Assembly (NCBI RefSeq): GCF_006345805.1
Contig: NC_043004.1
Location: 62,434,001-62,498,000 of the forward strand
Length of the DNA stretch: 64,000 nucleotides
Direction of reading: 5' to 3'
DNA from: Octopus sinensis
Lineage: Eukaryota
Shown: piece by piece, positions 29,460-42,255 of the stretch
Layout: each line of letters begins with the position of its first letter
Position numbering within the stretch: the first letter of the stretch is position 1
The notes under the pieces: generated by a model
Databases searched by the model: none
What the model was told of the DNA's origin: nothing
The model's input: only the letters and a program-made list of their open reading frames with translations
Made by a program: the position numbers and the translations under genes

Positions 29460-29757
29460 GGCACAGAAGGTCACACAACGTAAAAAACATAAAATATGAA
29501 ATGCGAAAACACGGAATACGAACTTCTTTGCGAAGACCGAAAGAAACAGATGGAAAACAAGACAAGCAACATAACGAACGAGTCTTCATCAGTTGTCGGC
29601 TGTTTTTTTCAACTACGTATTTCGAGCAATTCATGATATTCGTAAATTGCTTGTTTTGTTTTCCATTTGTTTCATTCGTCGTTTGCAAATATAGTTCGTA
29701 ATCCATGTTTTCGCATTTCGTATTTCAACTTGTTTACGTCCTATGACATGCTGTGCC
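29460..29757. mobile_element. Foldback element with ~120-bp imperfect inverted arms in (TA)n
   Basis: 29460-29578 is the reverse complement of 29639-29757 (e.g. gaaatgcgaaaacacggaatacgaac). The spacer contains minus-strand GAAA and CTGATGA. Related to 59000-59340. Confidence 0.8.
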
Positions 29758-29935
29758 CACATATGCATATGTATATAATATATATGCAAGTATGTACATA
29801 TATGTACGTATATATGCATATATATATATACATACTCACACACATATATATACACACACACATTTATATTATTACATGATTGAACGCCACGCATACATTT
29901 CAAAGTTTTATATATATCTAACTATCTATATATGC

Positions 29936-29972
<37 letters not shown>

Positions 29973-31290
29973 ATTATATATATATATGTATGTATATATA
30001 TGTGTTGAGTGTGCATAGGTGTGGGCTTGTTGGTGTGCTTTTGTGTATTTATACATCCATATATATATGTACCTATTGGTATGTATATAGGTTTATTATA
30101 TAGTTGTGTATGTGTCTGTCTGCGCCCGTACTACTGACTCACCCTTTAATGCGTGCCTTAATTCTTAATCTGATATTGATCAGTGAAACTTTGGAGATCT
30201 TTCTATCTTACAAATTAGTAATTCTTATAAAATTTCTCAAGGGATGAACAAAAATAATTTACATTTCAAATTAGATTTATATAAATGTTCTTATTGAGCA
30301 TGTTGTACGTCTTCATCTTCCTTGTATATTCTCACCTGTCTGATCGATAAATTTAAATAAATTCCACTGAACAGAAGTCGTGCTAATTTTTAATAACATT
30401 AAGTCTTGAATTACAAAGTAGCGTTATTTAAAAATGAAAATTTGTTGTTTTTTTGCCCGAAGGAAATCTTATTTTCTTAAATCGTAATAGATTGTTATCG
30501 AGTAAGAGAAAATTTAAATAAATTATGGATATTTTAAGATGTAAAAGGTTCAATGTTATATCTCAGAGTAAATGACATTCTTATATGTAAAATACACTTT
30601 CTGTAAACTGCAATACATCCTTTGATGACAGAAAATATATGGTGGCCCATCCATCATCTCTGAGATATATTTTTATCAATTTTGCGAGCGTCGTATTTTA
30701 AGACTAAATAAAATTATGCCACCCTGAGGGCATTTCCGTTGAATGAATTTCAATGCTATCCTCGGGAAACACATAATATTCAGTGGGCAAGAGACAACCT
30801 GAAAACTAGTATAGAATATAGGACCTCAAAACTGATTTCAGTTTCCCAAATTTGAGTGTTTGCTTCTTAAGTATATCGGAAATCAGCATACTTAATAATA
30901 TGAGCATAATGCTAGAAGTAAATTATTGACCGCCAAGTACACCTGCATAGACAGGCAAACTCTCTGGTTGCGCTTATCTTCTATTTACTGCAATTCGTTG
31001 GTAGTTGGTTAATATGAATCTGGTAATATTCCAGAAACCAATCACCAAACCTACGTCTAAGATACATTAACGGCGGAAGCAGCATCCTGAATAGCGGGAT
31101 TTTCAGAAAAGTAAGAGTAGTGATGAGCGGTGAAAGTGCAGTTAAATATCTAGATATAGATACAGGAATAATTTAATTTGGATAGTCTGATCATTGCTTT
31201 TCTCATCAGGGACAGATTGAACATTAATAACAGTAAAAACAATTGTTAGTACTACGGTAAATTTGGGGGCGAAAGAAGTAAATGCTAATG

Positions 31291-31674
31291 TGGAAGCACT
31301 CCGTCGGCTACGACGACGTCGGTTCCGGTTGATCCGATCAATGGAACAGCCTGCTCGTGAAATTAACGTGTAAGTGGCTGAACACTCAACAGACACGTGT
31401 ACCCTTAACGTAGTTCTCGGGGATATTCAGCGTGACACAGAGAGTGACAAGGCCGGCCCTTTGAAATACAGGTACAACAGAAACAGGGAGTAAGAGTGAG
31501 AGAAAGTTGTGGTGAAAGAGTACAACAGGGATCACCATCATCTCTGCCGGAGCCTCGTGGAGCTTTTAGGTGTTTTCGCCCAATAAACAGTCACAATGCC
31601 AGGTCTGGGAATCGAAACCGCGATCCTACGACCACGAGTCCGCTGCCCTAACCACTGGGCCATTGCGCCTCCAC
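31291..31674 (-). mobile_element. SINE family B with TSD
   Basis: Full-length copy. TSD aaatgctaat at 31280-31289 and 31675-31684. Confidence 0.92.
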
Positions 31675-33524
31675 AAATGCTAATATAGAGTCGCAGAGTA
31701 AACTGAATGGTATTCAGTTAAATGAATATATTCCTTTCTATTAGATCCCTGTTTGCATTATTCGTAGATGTCACATCACATCTACGAATGAAGCCAACCT
31801 TTGACTACCTACATCTAACTTTTAAAATAATTTTCTTTCAACAAGCCTCTAATAGATACTATGGCGTCCTTATTCCATTCCCGAATTTAAGGAGATGCAT
31901 AGATTTTTAAATGAATTCTCAATCAACAAACAAATTCTAACCACTGGAGAAGTCCATACAGCAAAAGAATTTCTATAAAAGCAATTAAATTCCAGTAAAT
32001 CAAACACAAAAATTTTGCGACAATGGTAGAAACCACATACCAAACCTATCAAGGTATTGAAAAGGCGGATTTGAGAAAAAGTTTAAATTCCATAGATTGG
32101 AAGTCATCTGTCGGATAATAATAAATATTACTGGTATAAGTCAGGTTTTACTTTCGTATTTATTGTTTCTTATGAAGCCAGAAAGTCCTCTATTGCGGTG
32201 GGGATTTTCCTCTGCTTCAATGTTACGAATAACGTACCAACTCATTACATTTCAATGATTAAAAGCAGCCAAATTAGAGTTACGGATCTGATGCTTTCGT
32301 TTTCAGAATACACCTCAGTAGATTCAACATCTGGATTATCTTAGCTACCAAACTGTACGTAAATCGTAATGGAGCAATTGAGAAATAATTTATTTCCCCC
32401 CAGTGAAATTTAGTACGGGTTTTTCTAACCGGCACATACAATCTGTTGAATAATGTAGAATGAATATACCGATGTGCATATTAAAGCCCCCTTTATTTCA
32501 GTTTAGTCTTCCAAAATCAAAACACTGTACGAAGTGAAAAATTCAATCCACTGGCTTGTATTAGATACCACTCACACCAAATAACGTGCCGCAGGCAAAT
32601 CACCAGAAAGCGATTCTGAAATATGAACTTCTTCCACACATTTCAGTTACTCATGTATATAAACAATCATCTTACGTGAAAAATGTTAATAATGAAGTTA
32701 AACTCAAAATTTATCCTTCCATTTAATCTCTTATCTATTTCCTGTTATTTCGTATTTTTCCGATCTGATTGAAATGTAAATTCCTTTGATACATATATAA
32801 GAACACGTCAATTGTCATTTTCACTATAGACATTATATATAACCAATATACGAATACTGTGATGTTAAGCGACGCATGTAGATTCGAGTAATCGATTTCC
32901 TGTCTCGATTTCCAATGATCGCTACGAATAGAGACCTCGGATTTGTGCAAATTACATACAGTAATGATTGTTAGTATTTGTTGGGCTTCAGATTTCACTA
33001 ATGTTTGTTCTTATAGAGGACACTGGAACGGCTTTTATTTGTCCAAAGGGAAACCGAATCTTCAAGTTTCGGGCTAATATACGACACTAGTATTTGAAAT
33101 TGCTGAGACATTATAAACGAGTTTATGTACAAGCATGCTAACATGAATCAAAAGCTGTGTCTACGGTGTGAAAATGAAGTAAAATGGAAGATTCAGTTCT
33201 GTCAGATTTGTCATTACCCTTAAATCAAAAAATATCTGTAATTCTTTAATAAAAGAGAGGCCCCGAATTATACTTCAATCACATGATTCGTAGAGATGCT
33301 TCAAAACACAGTACCAAAATGCACAAATATATCGACTACCACAGCAGCAAGAACAGGAACAAAACTAACACCGTAACAACAGCAACAACATCAATAGTAA
33401 TAATAATAATAATAATAAAAATGATAATAATAATAATAATAATAATATTTTCATGTAATACAAAAGAGACATTTGAATGGACAGGGTTTTTCTAAGTATG
33501 TGAGCAATGCTTGTCAGCACAATA

Positions 33525-33830
33525 ATTGTTTCTGTTAGTGTAGGTACCCTAGGTATGAGATAAAAGGCATATTAAAAACATCTAGATAAGATTCCAGGAG
33601 AATAATGTCTCAGAGAAATCCAAAATATCATGCTAACAAGTACTGCCCACATACTTAGAAAAAAACCATATTCATTTAAATGTTTCTTTTGCATTGCATG
33701 AAGTTATTTCATTACTGCCGCTGACACATCCCCTCTTCAAGCTTTCAGTCAAACCGTAGCATCTCTTATCCTTCACTCGTCCAAGAACGCTGTAGGTGTC
33801 TCTGCAAGACGTATGGCCAATAAACAAGTT
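33525..33830 (+). mobile_element. Decayed 3' end of an R4/Dong-like LINE
   Basis: VGTLGM..KHLDKIPGE..LREIQNIMLTSTAHILRK, plus a 3' UTR similar to 34078-34118. Lies near (AAT)n. Confidence 0.75.
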
Positions 33831-33942
33831 TCACCTTAACCTGCTAGCTTTGGATAGCTGACACTTTCCAACATACCCAGCAAAATAAGCTGTGTGTTTT
33901 CATATAATATTATTATTATTATCATTATTGTTATTATTATTA

Positions 33943-34006
<64 letters not shown>

Positions 34007-34048
34007 CATTATTATTATTATTAATATTATTATTATTATTATTGTCAT

Positions 34049-36218
34049 TTACTTTTAATCTGCATGGTTGATGCAATCACCTGCCGGGGCACACCCAGCG
34101 CCCTAGGGCAAGTGAAGGTTAAGAGTTGTTGAAATATAGCTGAAAGCTTGGGGAGGGGAAGTAGAGATATATCTCCATGTAATGCAAACACAAACATTTA
34201 CATTGATAGGGTTTTTCTAAGGATGTGGGCAGTACTTGTTAGCACAATCTTTTGGATTTCCTTGAGACATGGTTCTCCAGGGATATTGTCTAGGTGTTTC
34301 TGACATCCCTTTTTTATCATACCTAGGGCACCTACAATAACAGGAACAGTTTTTGTTTTAAGATTCCACATCCTCTGTATTTCGATTTCCAGGTCCTTAT
34401 ATTTACTAAGTTTGTCAAATTCCTTGACAGATACATTTTTATCAGTGGGGACGCTTACTTCTATTAGTCTGCAGGTATTTTCTTCCCTGTCTTTAACAAT
34501 TATGTCTGGTCGATTAGCCTTGATCGTTCTGTCAGTGTTGACTGGAAAATCCCTGAGGATGGTGACATCTTTACCTTCAACAACTGGCTGAGGATGGTGT
34601 TCATACCAGTTAGCAGGAGTGTCGGATTTGTAGTGTTTACATATCTTCCAATGTATATACTGTCCTACCCTATCATGGCGATTTTTGTATTCGTTTGGTG
34701 TCAGCACAGGACATCCCGAAACGAGATGGTCTATTGTTTCGTCAAATGTGTCACAGAATCTGCATTTAGGGTCAGTACCGTTTCGGAGAACGTTAGCCTG
34801 GTAATTTCTGGTAAACAAGCTTTGATCTTGTGCTGCCATTATGAAGCCTTCAGTCTCTGCTTTCAATCCAGAACTCTTCAGCCACTGATGGGTTGTTGCT
34901 TGGTCTACATCAGCATTTTGGCTTCGGAGAATGTATTGTCCATGCAGGGGCTTCTGGCTCTACCGCCTCTCAATTTGATTCTGCCCATTCTTTTTTGCAG
35001 TCTGCCTGATTCGCTTTGCTTGCTTGGTAGCAGTGGTTTCTGGCTCTTCACCTGATTCAAGGTTAATGCCTAGTTCCCTTTCGAACTTATAGGCTTCCTT
35101 GACAATAGAATGCAGCTTTTTGCTGCTTTCGTGTTCACACACAAGTCGCAGCATCCAGTCTTTTGTACTAGATAGGTACCTGTTCATTCCTACAGTAGAG
35201 GTCTTATAGCACAGCTCCAATTGCATCATTCCTCTCCCCCCGCTGCTTCTAGGTAGGTACAAGCGGTCTACATCTGCCTTAGGGTGGTGCATGCTCCTGG
35301 ATGTCAGTAACTTTCTTGTCTTCCTGTCCAAGCGTTGGAGTTCCGTAAGGTTCCAGTTAATGATGTTAAAACTGTACTGGACTACTGGAAGTGCCAGGGT
35401 GTTAATGACCTCAATGCAATTTTTGGAGTTGAGTTCAGTCTTCAGTACAAGCCTTATTCTCCTATAGTACTCCTTTCTTATTTTTTCCTTCCTAGTAGCA
35501 TGATGTATACCATCTCCTTCGTTGATTCCTAGGTATTTGTAACTTTCTTGTGGGTCAAGTTCCTTGATGGTAGTGTCAATATCTAATTTAACAGAAGCTG
35601 TTTGCCTGAGCTTGCCTCTTACAAAATTTGCTTTAGCACACTTATCAAGGCCAAAATCCATTCCGATATCATTGCTAAACTCTTTAACAGTTGTTAGCAG
35701 CCCTTCTAGCTCTTGGTCATTCTTGGCAAACAGCTTTAGATCGTCCATATAAAAAAGGTGGTTTATTAACTTGCTAAAAACTTTGTACCCATATCTGGCA
35801 CTATCCAATTCGTTTGAGAGTGGGATCAGTGCCATGCAAAAAAGTAGTGGAGAGAGGGAGTCACCTTGAAAGATGCCTCGTTTGATGTTGATGCTGTTGG
35901 ACTGGCTCATCCCATTACTATGGCTTAGAAAGAGACGTGTGTTCCACATGGTCATGCTATTCTCTAAGAATTTTGAGACGACAGGGGAGATCTTGAATAT
36001 CTCAAGGGCCTTGAGTATCCATTTATGTGGGACACTGTCATACGCTTTCCTGTAGTCTATCCATGCCATACTCAGGTTTTTGTTTTTGCTCCGGCAATTC
36101 TCTACAATCATTCTGTTTATGAGCAATTTGTCTTTGCACCCATAAGAGTTTCTTTTACAACCTTTTTGAGCTTGTGGAAGGATAGAATTTTGTTCAAGGA
36201 AAGCGTACATTATCTCCG
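34049..36218 (-). mobile_element. 5'-truncated R4/Dong-like non-LTR retrotransposon inserted in (AAT)n
   Basis: RT plus endonuclease reading frame and 3' UTR, with (ATT)n arrays at 33905-34048 and 36219-36274. Confidence 0.93.
34198..36218 (-). pseudogene. Reverse transcriptase / CCHC / restriction-like endonuclease ORF with one in-frame stop
   Basis: QKG, WIDYRKAYDSVPH, RGIFQGDSLSPLLF, HLFYMDDLKL, YKYLG, GGRG, CRFC..HLVSGC, RHD, NRPDII, KLSKYKDL. ORFs 34960-36273 and 34198-34866 are in the same frame, split by TAG at 34960-34962. Confidence 0.92.
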
Positions 36219-36274
36219 TTATTATTATTATTATTATTATCATTATTATTATGATTATTATTATTATTATCATT

Positions 36275-37702
36275 CAGTAGTTTTATTTTTATAGCGTGCT
36301 TTCACTTCACTACCGAGCGCAGCTCTGTGTGCCTTAGGTATGTGCTGTGATTTTTTGTGATGCTCTGATGGTTATTGTATGGAAGGTGTTCTGCGTAGGA
36401 TGTGTGCAGTGCCTAGTAGTGCAATTTTCTGTATGTTATATGTGTTTGTAAGTCCTAGTGTTTTTGTTATGTATTTGTCTGAATATTTTTTTATCATGCC
36501 TAATGCACCTACTATGATAGAAATTGTTTCTGTTTTCAGATTCCACATTCTGGTTACCTCTATTTCCAGGTCTTTGTATTTTGAAAGTTTCTCCATTTCT
36601 TTTAGAGACACGTTGTCATCTGCCGGTATTGATACATCAATTAGAAAGCATTTTCTTCTTCATGTTGGCCTTAATTTCTCTATCTGTGTGTATCGGCATA
36701 TCCCAGAGTATGGTTGCCTTCTCGTTTTCTGTGACCTTTTCTGGTGTGTGCCTATACCATCTTTTTTCTGTTGTTATTCTATAATTTTGGCATAGCTTCC
36801 AGTGTATGTAGGTTTCAACTTTGTCATGTCTGTGAATATATTCCTTCTTAACTAGGACTGGGCAGCCTGAGATAATATGATTTATTGTTTCTTGTCCATC
36901 TCAACATATTATGCAGTTACTTGTTATATTTCTTTTCATTACATGTTTTTGGTAATTTCTGGTGGGGAGGCTTTGGTCTTGTGCTGCAATTAAAAATCCC
37001 TCTGTCTCTGCTTTGAGTCCTGAGCTTCTCAACCATTGCTGGGATTTTTCTTTGTCTATTTCTTTTGCGTTTAGTTTAGTCCAGTATTTACCATGAAGTG
37101 GCTATCCTTGCCATCGTTTTATCATGGTTCGTTGCTGTTCTGTTTTTAGTTTGGGTTTCATTTGTTTTATAGCTTTTGTTGTTTCTTCATTTTCTTCTCC
37201 TTCCTCTTCATTAGGTGGTATGATTTCTTGTTTGTATTTGTCAGCTCCCTTAAATACTGAGAACAGTTTTTTTGTTTTGCTCGTGTTTTGCTGCTATTTG
37301 TATGAGTTTTCCTTCCTTCTGAAGTAGATATTTTTGCAGTCCTATGGTGGTTATTTTATAGTAGTTTTCCAGCTGTATAAGGCCTCTACCACCTTCTATA
37401 CGTTGTATATATAGTATTTCTTTGTCAGATTTTGGGTGATGCATCCTAGACCCTGTCATTATTTTTCTTGTTTTCCTATCTATTCTGGTCAGGTCACTTA
37501 GTGTCCAGTTAAGGATATTGTAGCTGTAACTTATAACTGGGACAGCTAAAGTGTTAATACCTATTATCTTGTTTTTAGCATTGAGCTCTGGTTTTAGTAT
37601 TGATCTAACTCGTCTATAATATTCTTCTTTTATTTTCTCTTTCATTTGTGTGTGTTGTGTCTTATCTACTTCATGGATTCCTAAGTATTTGTAAGTTTGG
37701 CT
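36275..37702 (-). mobile_element. 5'-truncated R4/Dong-like LINE, same subfamily as 19544-20445
   Basis: Near-identical 3' region and terminus aaaataaaactactg. YKYLG..GGRG in ORF 37250-37924. A ~25-bp deletion near 36663 removes the RPD motif. Confidence 0.92.
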
Positions 37703-37727
37703 ATTATTATTATTATTATTATTAATA

Positions 37728-37820
<93 letters not shown>

Positions 37821-37835
37821 TTAATAATAATAATA
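37703..37835. repeat. (ATT)n switching to (AAT)n, a palindromic microsatellite
   Basis: The orientation flips at 37777/37778. Confidence 0.92.
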
Positions 37836-39110
37836 GGGGTGTTGAAATGATGACGGCAATTCAATCTCAATCCAGTAATAAATACTTGGGAATACTGGAG
37901 GCAGATGGAATTAAACAGCGACATTAACGAAGATGGTATCTTCGGCGAATGAGATAGGTACTGGTGAATGTCAGAACCATAATTTCGGCAATGAGTTCGT
38001 GCGCTACGGCAATAGTTCCCTATGACACTGGGATCCTGAAGTGGAGAGAGGAGGAGCTAAATGAGGGTGACAGGAATTCAAGAAGGCTGCTAAGGATGCA
38101 TGGAGCCCAGTATACACGTGCAGGCAATGATGGGTAATTCATGAAGTGGACAGTAACATGTGTGGAAGACTGCATACGTATTGAAATCGAGAGCTTAATG
38201 GGATACCTATCCCTATGTAAGGAAACCTTTCTAACGTTAGTTAGGAACGATGGAGTATTGAAGCAGAGAAAAATGGAAAAAGGAAAGAAGTGCAAAATGT
38301 ACACGAAGAAGAATTACGCAACAAAGAACTATACAATGAATTCCATGTAGCACAACAGAATTTGCTGGGAAAATATGTGGGATTGGTTGAAGAAAGAAAC
38401 ACCGAGAGGACTAGACTGGAGTGTCGACCTTTGGAATGAGCAAGTTATTCTGCTGTACCGCATCTGTACCAAAGTGAGCGAAACCATTGCCCATATCACA
38501 ACCGAATGCCCAAAACTAGCTCAAAACCATTACAAGTTGTGGTGACATGATCAGGTAACGAAGGTGTTACACTGGGGAGTGTGCAAAAGGTGAGGCATAA
38601 AAAGAGGCAAGATGTGTATGAGCACAAATCGCAGAGTGTCAGAGTCGGAAGCTATCAAACATCTCTGGTAAAATCTAGCAAAATCCATATAGATCAGGTT
38701 CTCGAGCATAACAGACCGGACCTAGTGGTGGTGGACAGAGTGCATTATATGTTCTATATAGTACATGTCGCACGCCCCTCTGATCCTCGAATAATCAAGA
38801 AGGAAAGCGAAATAGTAGATAACTGCAACCCCTTTCAGTACAAAATAGCCTGGCCATGGAAAGACATTGAGGAAGGAGCAAATTATCGTTGGGTCTTTGG
38901 GAACAGTATAAGACGGTATCAAATGGAATATAAAGGAAATTCGAATGTAGACCTGTTACTAAAATTTTGCCTCCTTGGTACGGCCAGAATAATCTGGCAA
39001 GTATTAGATAGCCGAAAAGAAAGAATAGCATGGTATCGTAGGTTGTAGATAGTAATCCCTCTACGCATACAAGTTTCCAGGATTTCCAAAGCAAAATTTG
39101 TGCGATAAAA
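37836..39110 (+). mobile_element. Old, decayed R4/Dong-like LINE, third subfamily
   Basis: KYLGILEADGIK, ETIAHITTECPKLA, EHNRPDLVVVD, CLLGTARII, with many stops and frameshifts. Confidence 0.82.
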
Positions 39111-39826
39111 GAAAAAAAAAGAAAAACTGATAGTAATAATAATATTGACAACAAATGTATATATTAAATTATACAATATTTATTTGGTAATCGATGGTGA
39201 AAATTATGGTGAAGATTATGATAATAAGAACAATGATAGAGACGACGAAAGCGATGATGAAGCAATTTTAATAAGCACAGTGCGGCACATTTCAATACTT
39301 TATTGACAACATTAAAGTACAAGTTCATGCGACTTATCTCTCAGACATTAGGATCGATCGTAGAAATACTGTTTCTAGAAATGTTTAATTAAACAGAAAG
39401 TTAATTAAATATCTCCCATGTGTGCACAGAATATTACGCGACTGATGATAAAGTTAAGATCCGATAAGAAATGGTAGCTCTTCCACAAGGGTCAATCAAG
39501 TGAGAGTTCATACAGCGTAGACAAACAATCATTGACCGGCACAGTAATCCAACGAAAGGTGTCATTGAACTGCAATCCACGAGAAAACGGGAGAGATATT
39601 CAACAATGACGCACAATGATAGAAGTTGGATACAAAAAGAAGTATCTACATCCACGCATTGAAACACATGCTATATATACATATATCCGTACACGCATAC
39701 GCACACATACACACATATATAACTGTATGTGTGTGTGTGTGTTTGTGTACAGAATATGGACATCTATAAACGCATACACACGCGCAGCTACACACACACA
39801 GAAACATATATATATATATATATATA

Positions 39827-40223
39827 CTAGCAGTATCGCCCAGCGTTGCTCGGATTTGTAAGGGAAATAACTATATAAGCATTTTTAGAGAGTTATAGCC
39901 AAAAAAATAGCAAAAAAATGCATTAAAAATGGAAGACAAATGATGGTAATTTTTTTTTTAAATCGTTGACACATCGTAGACATTTTTAGAGAGTTACTTC
40001 CCTTATATAATAGCGAAAAAATGCACTAAAATGGAAAAAAATGATGGTAATTTTTTTTAAATCGTAGACTCATCGTAGACGCGCCCTAATACACAGAAGG
40101 GCTCGATATGAATCACGACTATAAGATACCCGCTTTGGGTTAAACTGCACCGCAAAATGTGGGAGTAGTTAGGAATCTAAATCGTAGGAGACAGACACAC
40201 AACTTCACTTTTATATATAAAGA
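39827..40223 (-). mobile_element. Non-autonomous Helitron
   Basis: Minus strand A|TCtttatatataaaagtgaagttgtgtgtctgtc ... ccgagcaacgctgggcgatactgCTAG|T: 5' TC, subterminal hairpin, 3' CTAG, A/T target. Internal ~100-bp duplication. Confidence 0.85.
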
Positions 40224-40721
40224 TATATATATAGAGAGAGAGACAGACAGACAGACGGACAAACAGATAGACGAGGGGAAAAACAAGCACATTGAATGTA
40301 AGAAGAAGCAATCAATGTTAGTTGTAGATGTTTTTTGCTTATAAAACCTGAAGCTGAGATTTATTCTCAGCACTCGTTTTTCAAGCCTCGATCGCAGTAA
40401 CAGGAAATATGAATCGCGAGTTACTCTAAGAGTGAATCCATTGCATGTAAATCAATGGTTCGCGGACTCACCTATATAAACAGAGAGCTGGAGCTGAATT
40501 AGTTAACATCACAGAAGAAATCTATACATGACTGTATATGCGCTAATATAGAAAGTATCAACAGCATTGAAAGGACTATCGTTATCCACTGGCCCTATAC
40601 TACACAGATTATATCTCTCCTAGGCAGGTTCAGTAATGTCATCACGGAACAGTACCTCGTTTCGTCAATAGGCCTACGAATTGTGATAGAAAATATCAAT
40701 CTCACGTCACCCAAACGATAT

Positions 40722-40769
<48 letters not shown>

Positions 40770-40802
40770 ATATATATATATTATATATATATATATATAT
40801 AG

Positions 40803-40862
<60 letters not shown>

Positions 40863-40919
40863 ATATACATACATACACACACACACAAACTCACATATAT
40901 ATATATATGTGTGTGTGTA

Positions 40920-40979
<60 letters not shown>

Positions 40980-40985
40980 TCTATA

Positions 40986-42255
40986 TAAGGAAAGCTGGAA
41001 AATTCATAGGGAGGCCAATATACTTTTATAGCAGGTTTACTTTTCAACATCAGTTCCCTTGTGATCTACACACCTCTTCCATCGGCGTTGCAGTGGATAA
41101 CATTGTTGAGGAAGCTTCCACCCATTTGGTCAAAAATGTCATCAACAGCGCATATGGTGTCATCATCACTCCGATGCTGGCCCACAGCCTAGTGCGTGTG
41201 TTTTTTATGTTGGGGAAACGATAATAATCGAATGAAGACAAATCAGAAGGATAGAGAGGATGTTCAACCAATTAAAAGGACAGTCAAGCACACCAACCAT
41301 TGAAACCAAGAACTCCGGTGCTGGAGTATTGTCCTGATTAAACATATCACCTTTCTTTAGGTTCCTGGGCGTTTAGTTTAGATTATGTTTCGCAACTGAT
41401 TCAGCGTTGGAACAGTACTTCCCCTTAGTGATGCGGCCATTTTGAAATTGTCAATAAACAATATATATTACATCAAAAGAGTGTCCATCACCTTACATAC
41501 AGATGAACCCACTTTGGCCTTCTACGGAGTAGATGAGGAGGGTTGTTTCCACATCATGGATTGTCTCTTTGTGTCTGGTCGAAGTGACGAAGTCAACAAT
41601 CATCCTGGGTTATAAAATGTTCAAGGAAACCCGCTGGATAAGCCTCAAAAGATGTTAGATACTTTCCCTTGATGTGAGCAGCCTCGTGGGCTTTTGAACA
41701 GGCGTTACAAAACGTGGAACGAACCTGCGTCATGCTAAGTTCTTTGCACAGAAATTTCTCAACTTTCTAACTGAATATGCTAATCACATTTGCCATTTTA
41801 TTTATAGACAATTGCCTGTCATCCATCACCATACGTGGTACACGTTCGATGTTTTAATCGCTGGGTGTAGTTGCAGGACGTCCAGACCTTGAGTCACATT
41901 CAAGAATCTCCTTCCCCCTCATAAATTTAGCTGCTCACTTTTGCACTGTTGATAAATCTGGAGCGTCATCCCTTACTGTTGCAACAATGTCACCATGAAT
42001 GTCTTTATAGTCTAAGCCCTTTTCCCTCATTAATTGATAATAACACGCTGCCAAATACTGCTCGTTTTCAACAGAATTCGCTACTAGTTAGACAAGAAAT
42101 GTTACTAGTTAGATTTGAATAATCGGATATCAGCTGGAAAAGAACATTGAAGTAGGAATGAAAATAAGTAGGGTTCAGTAATAATGCAGCCAAATTTCAC
42201 AGTTCTAGCAGCATTCCTTCATAAGCAGTCGACGAAATTTCCAGCCGATCCTCGT
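40986..42255 (-). mobile_element. Mariner transposon remnant
   Basis: Degenerate TIRs (gctggaaaattc / gaaatttccagc). Minus strand [17 protein letters not shown] (HPPYSPDLAPSDY-like). Confidence 0.8.

Noticed and set aside
32995-33100. Branch point plus acceptor (ctaat..ttcttatag) and a candidate exon
   Set aside because: All frames close quickly, the donor is weak and there is no homology evidence.
36219-36273. Poly-Ile N-terminus of the 437-aa ORF as a signal peptide
   Set aside because: It is the flanking (AAT)n target repeat fused to a 5'-truncated RT.
39441-39482. CTGATGA...GAAA..TA string
   Set aside because: No helix I or helix II pairing.
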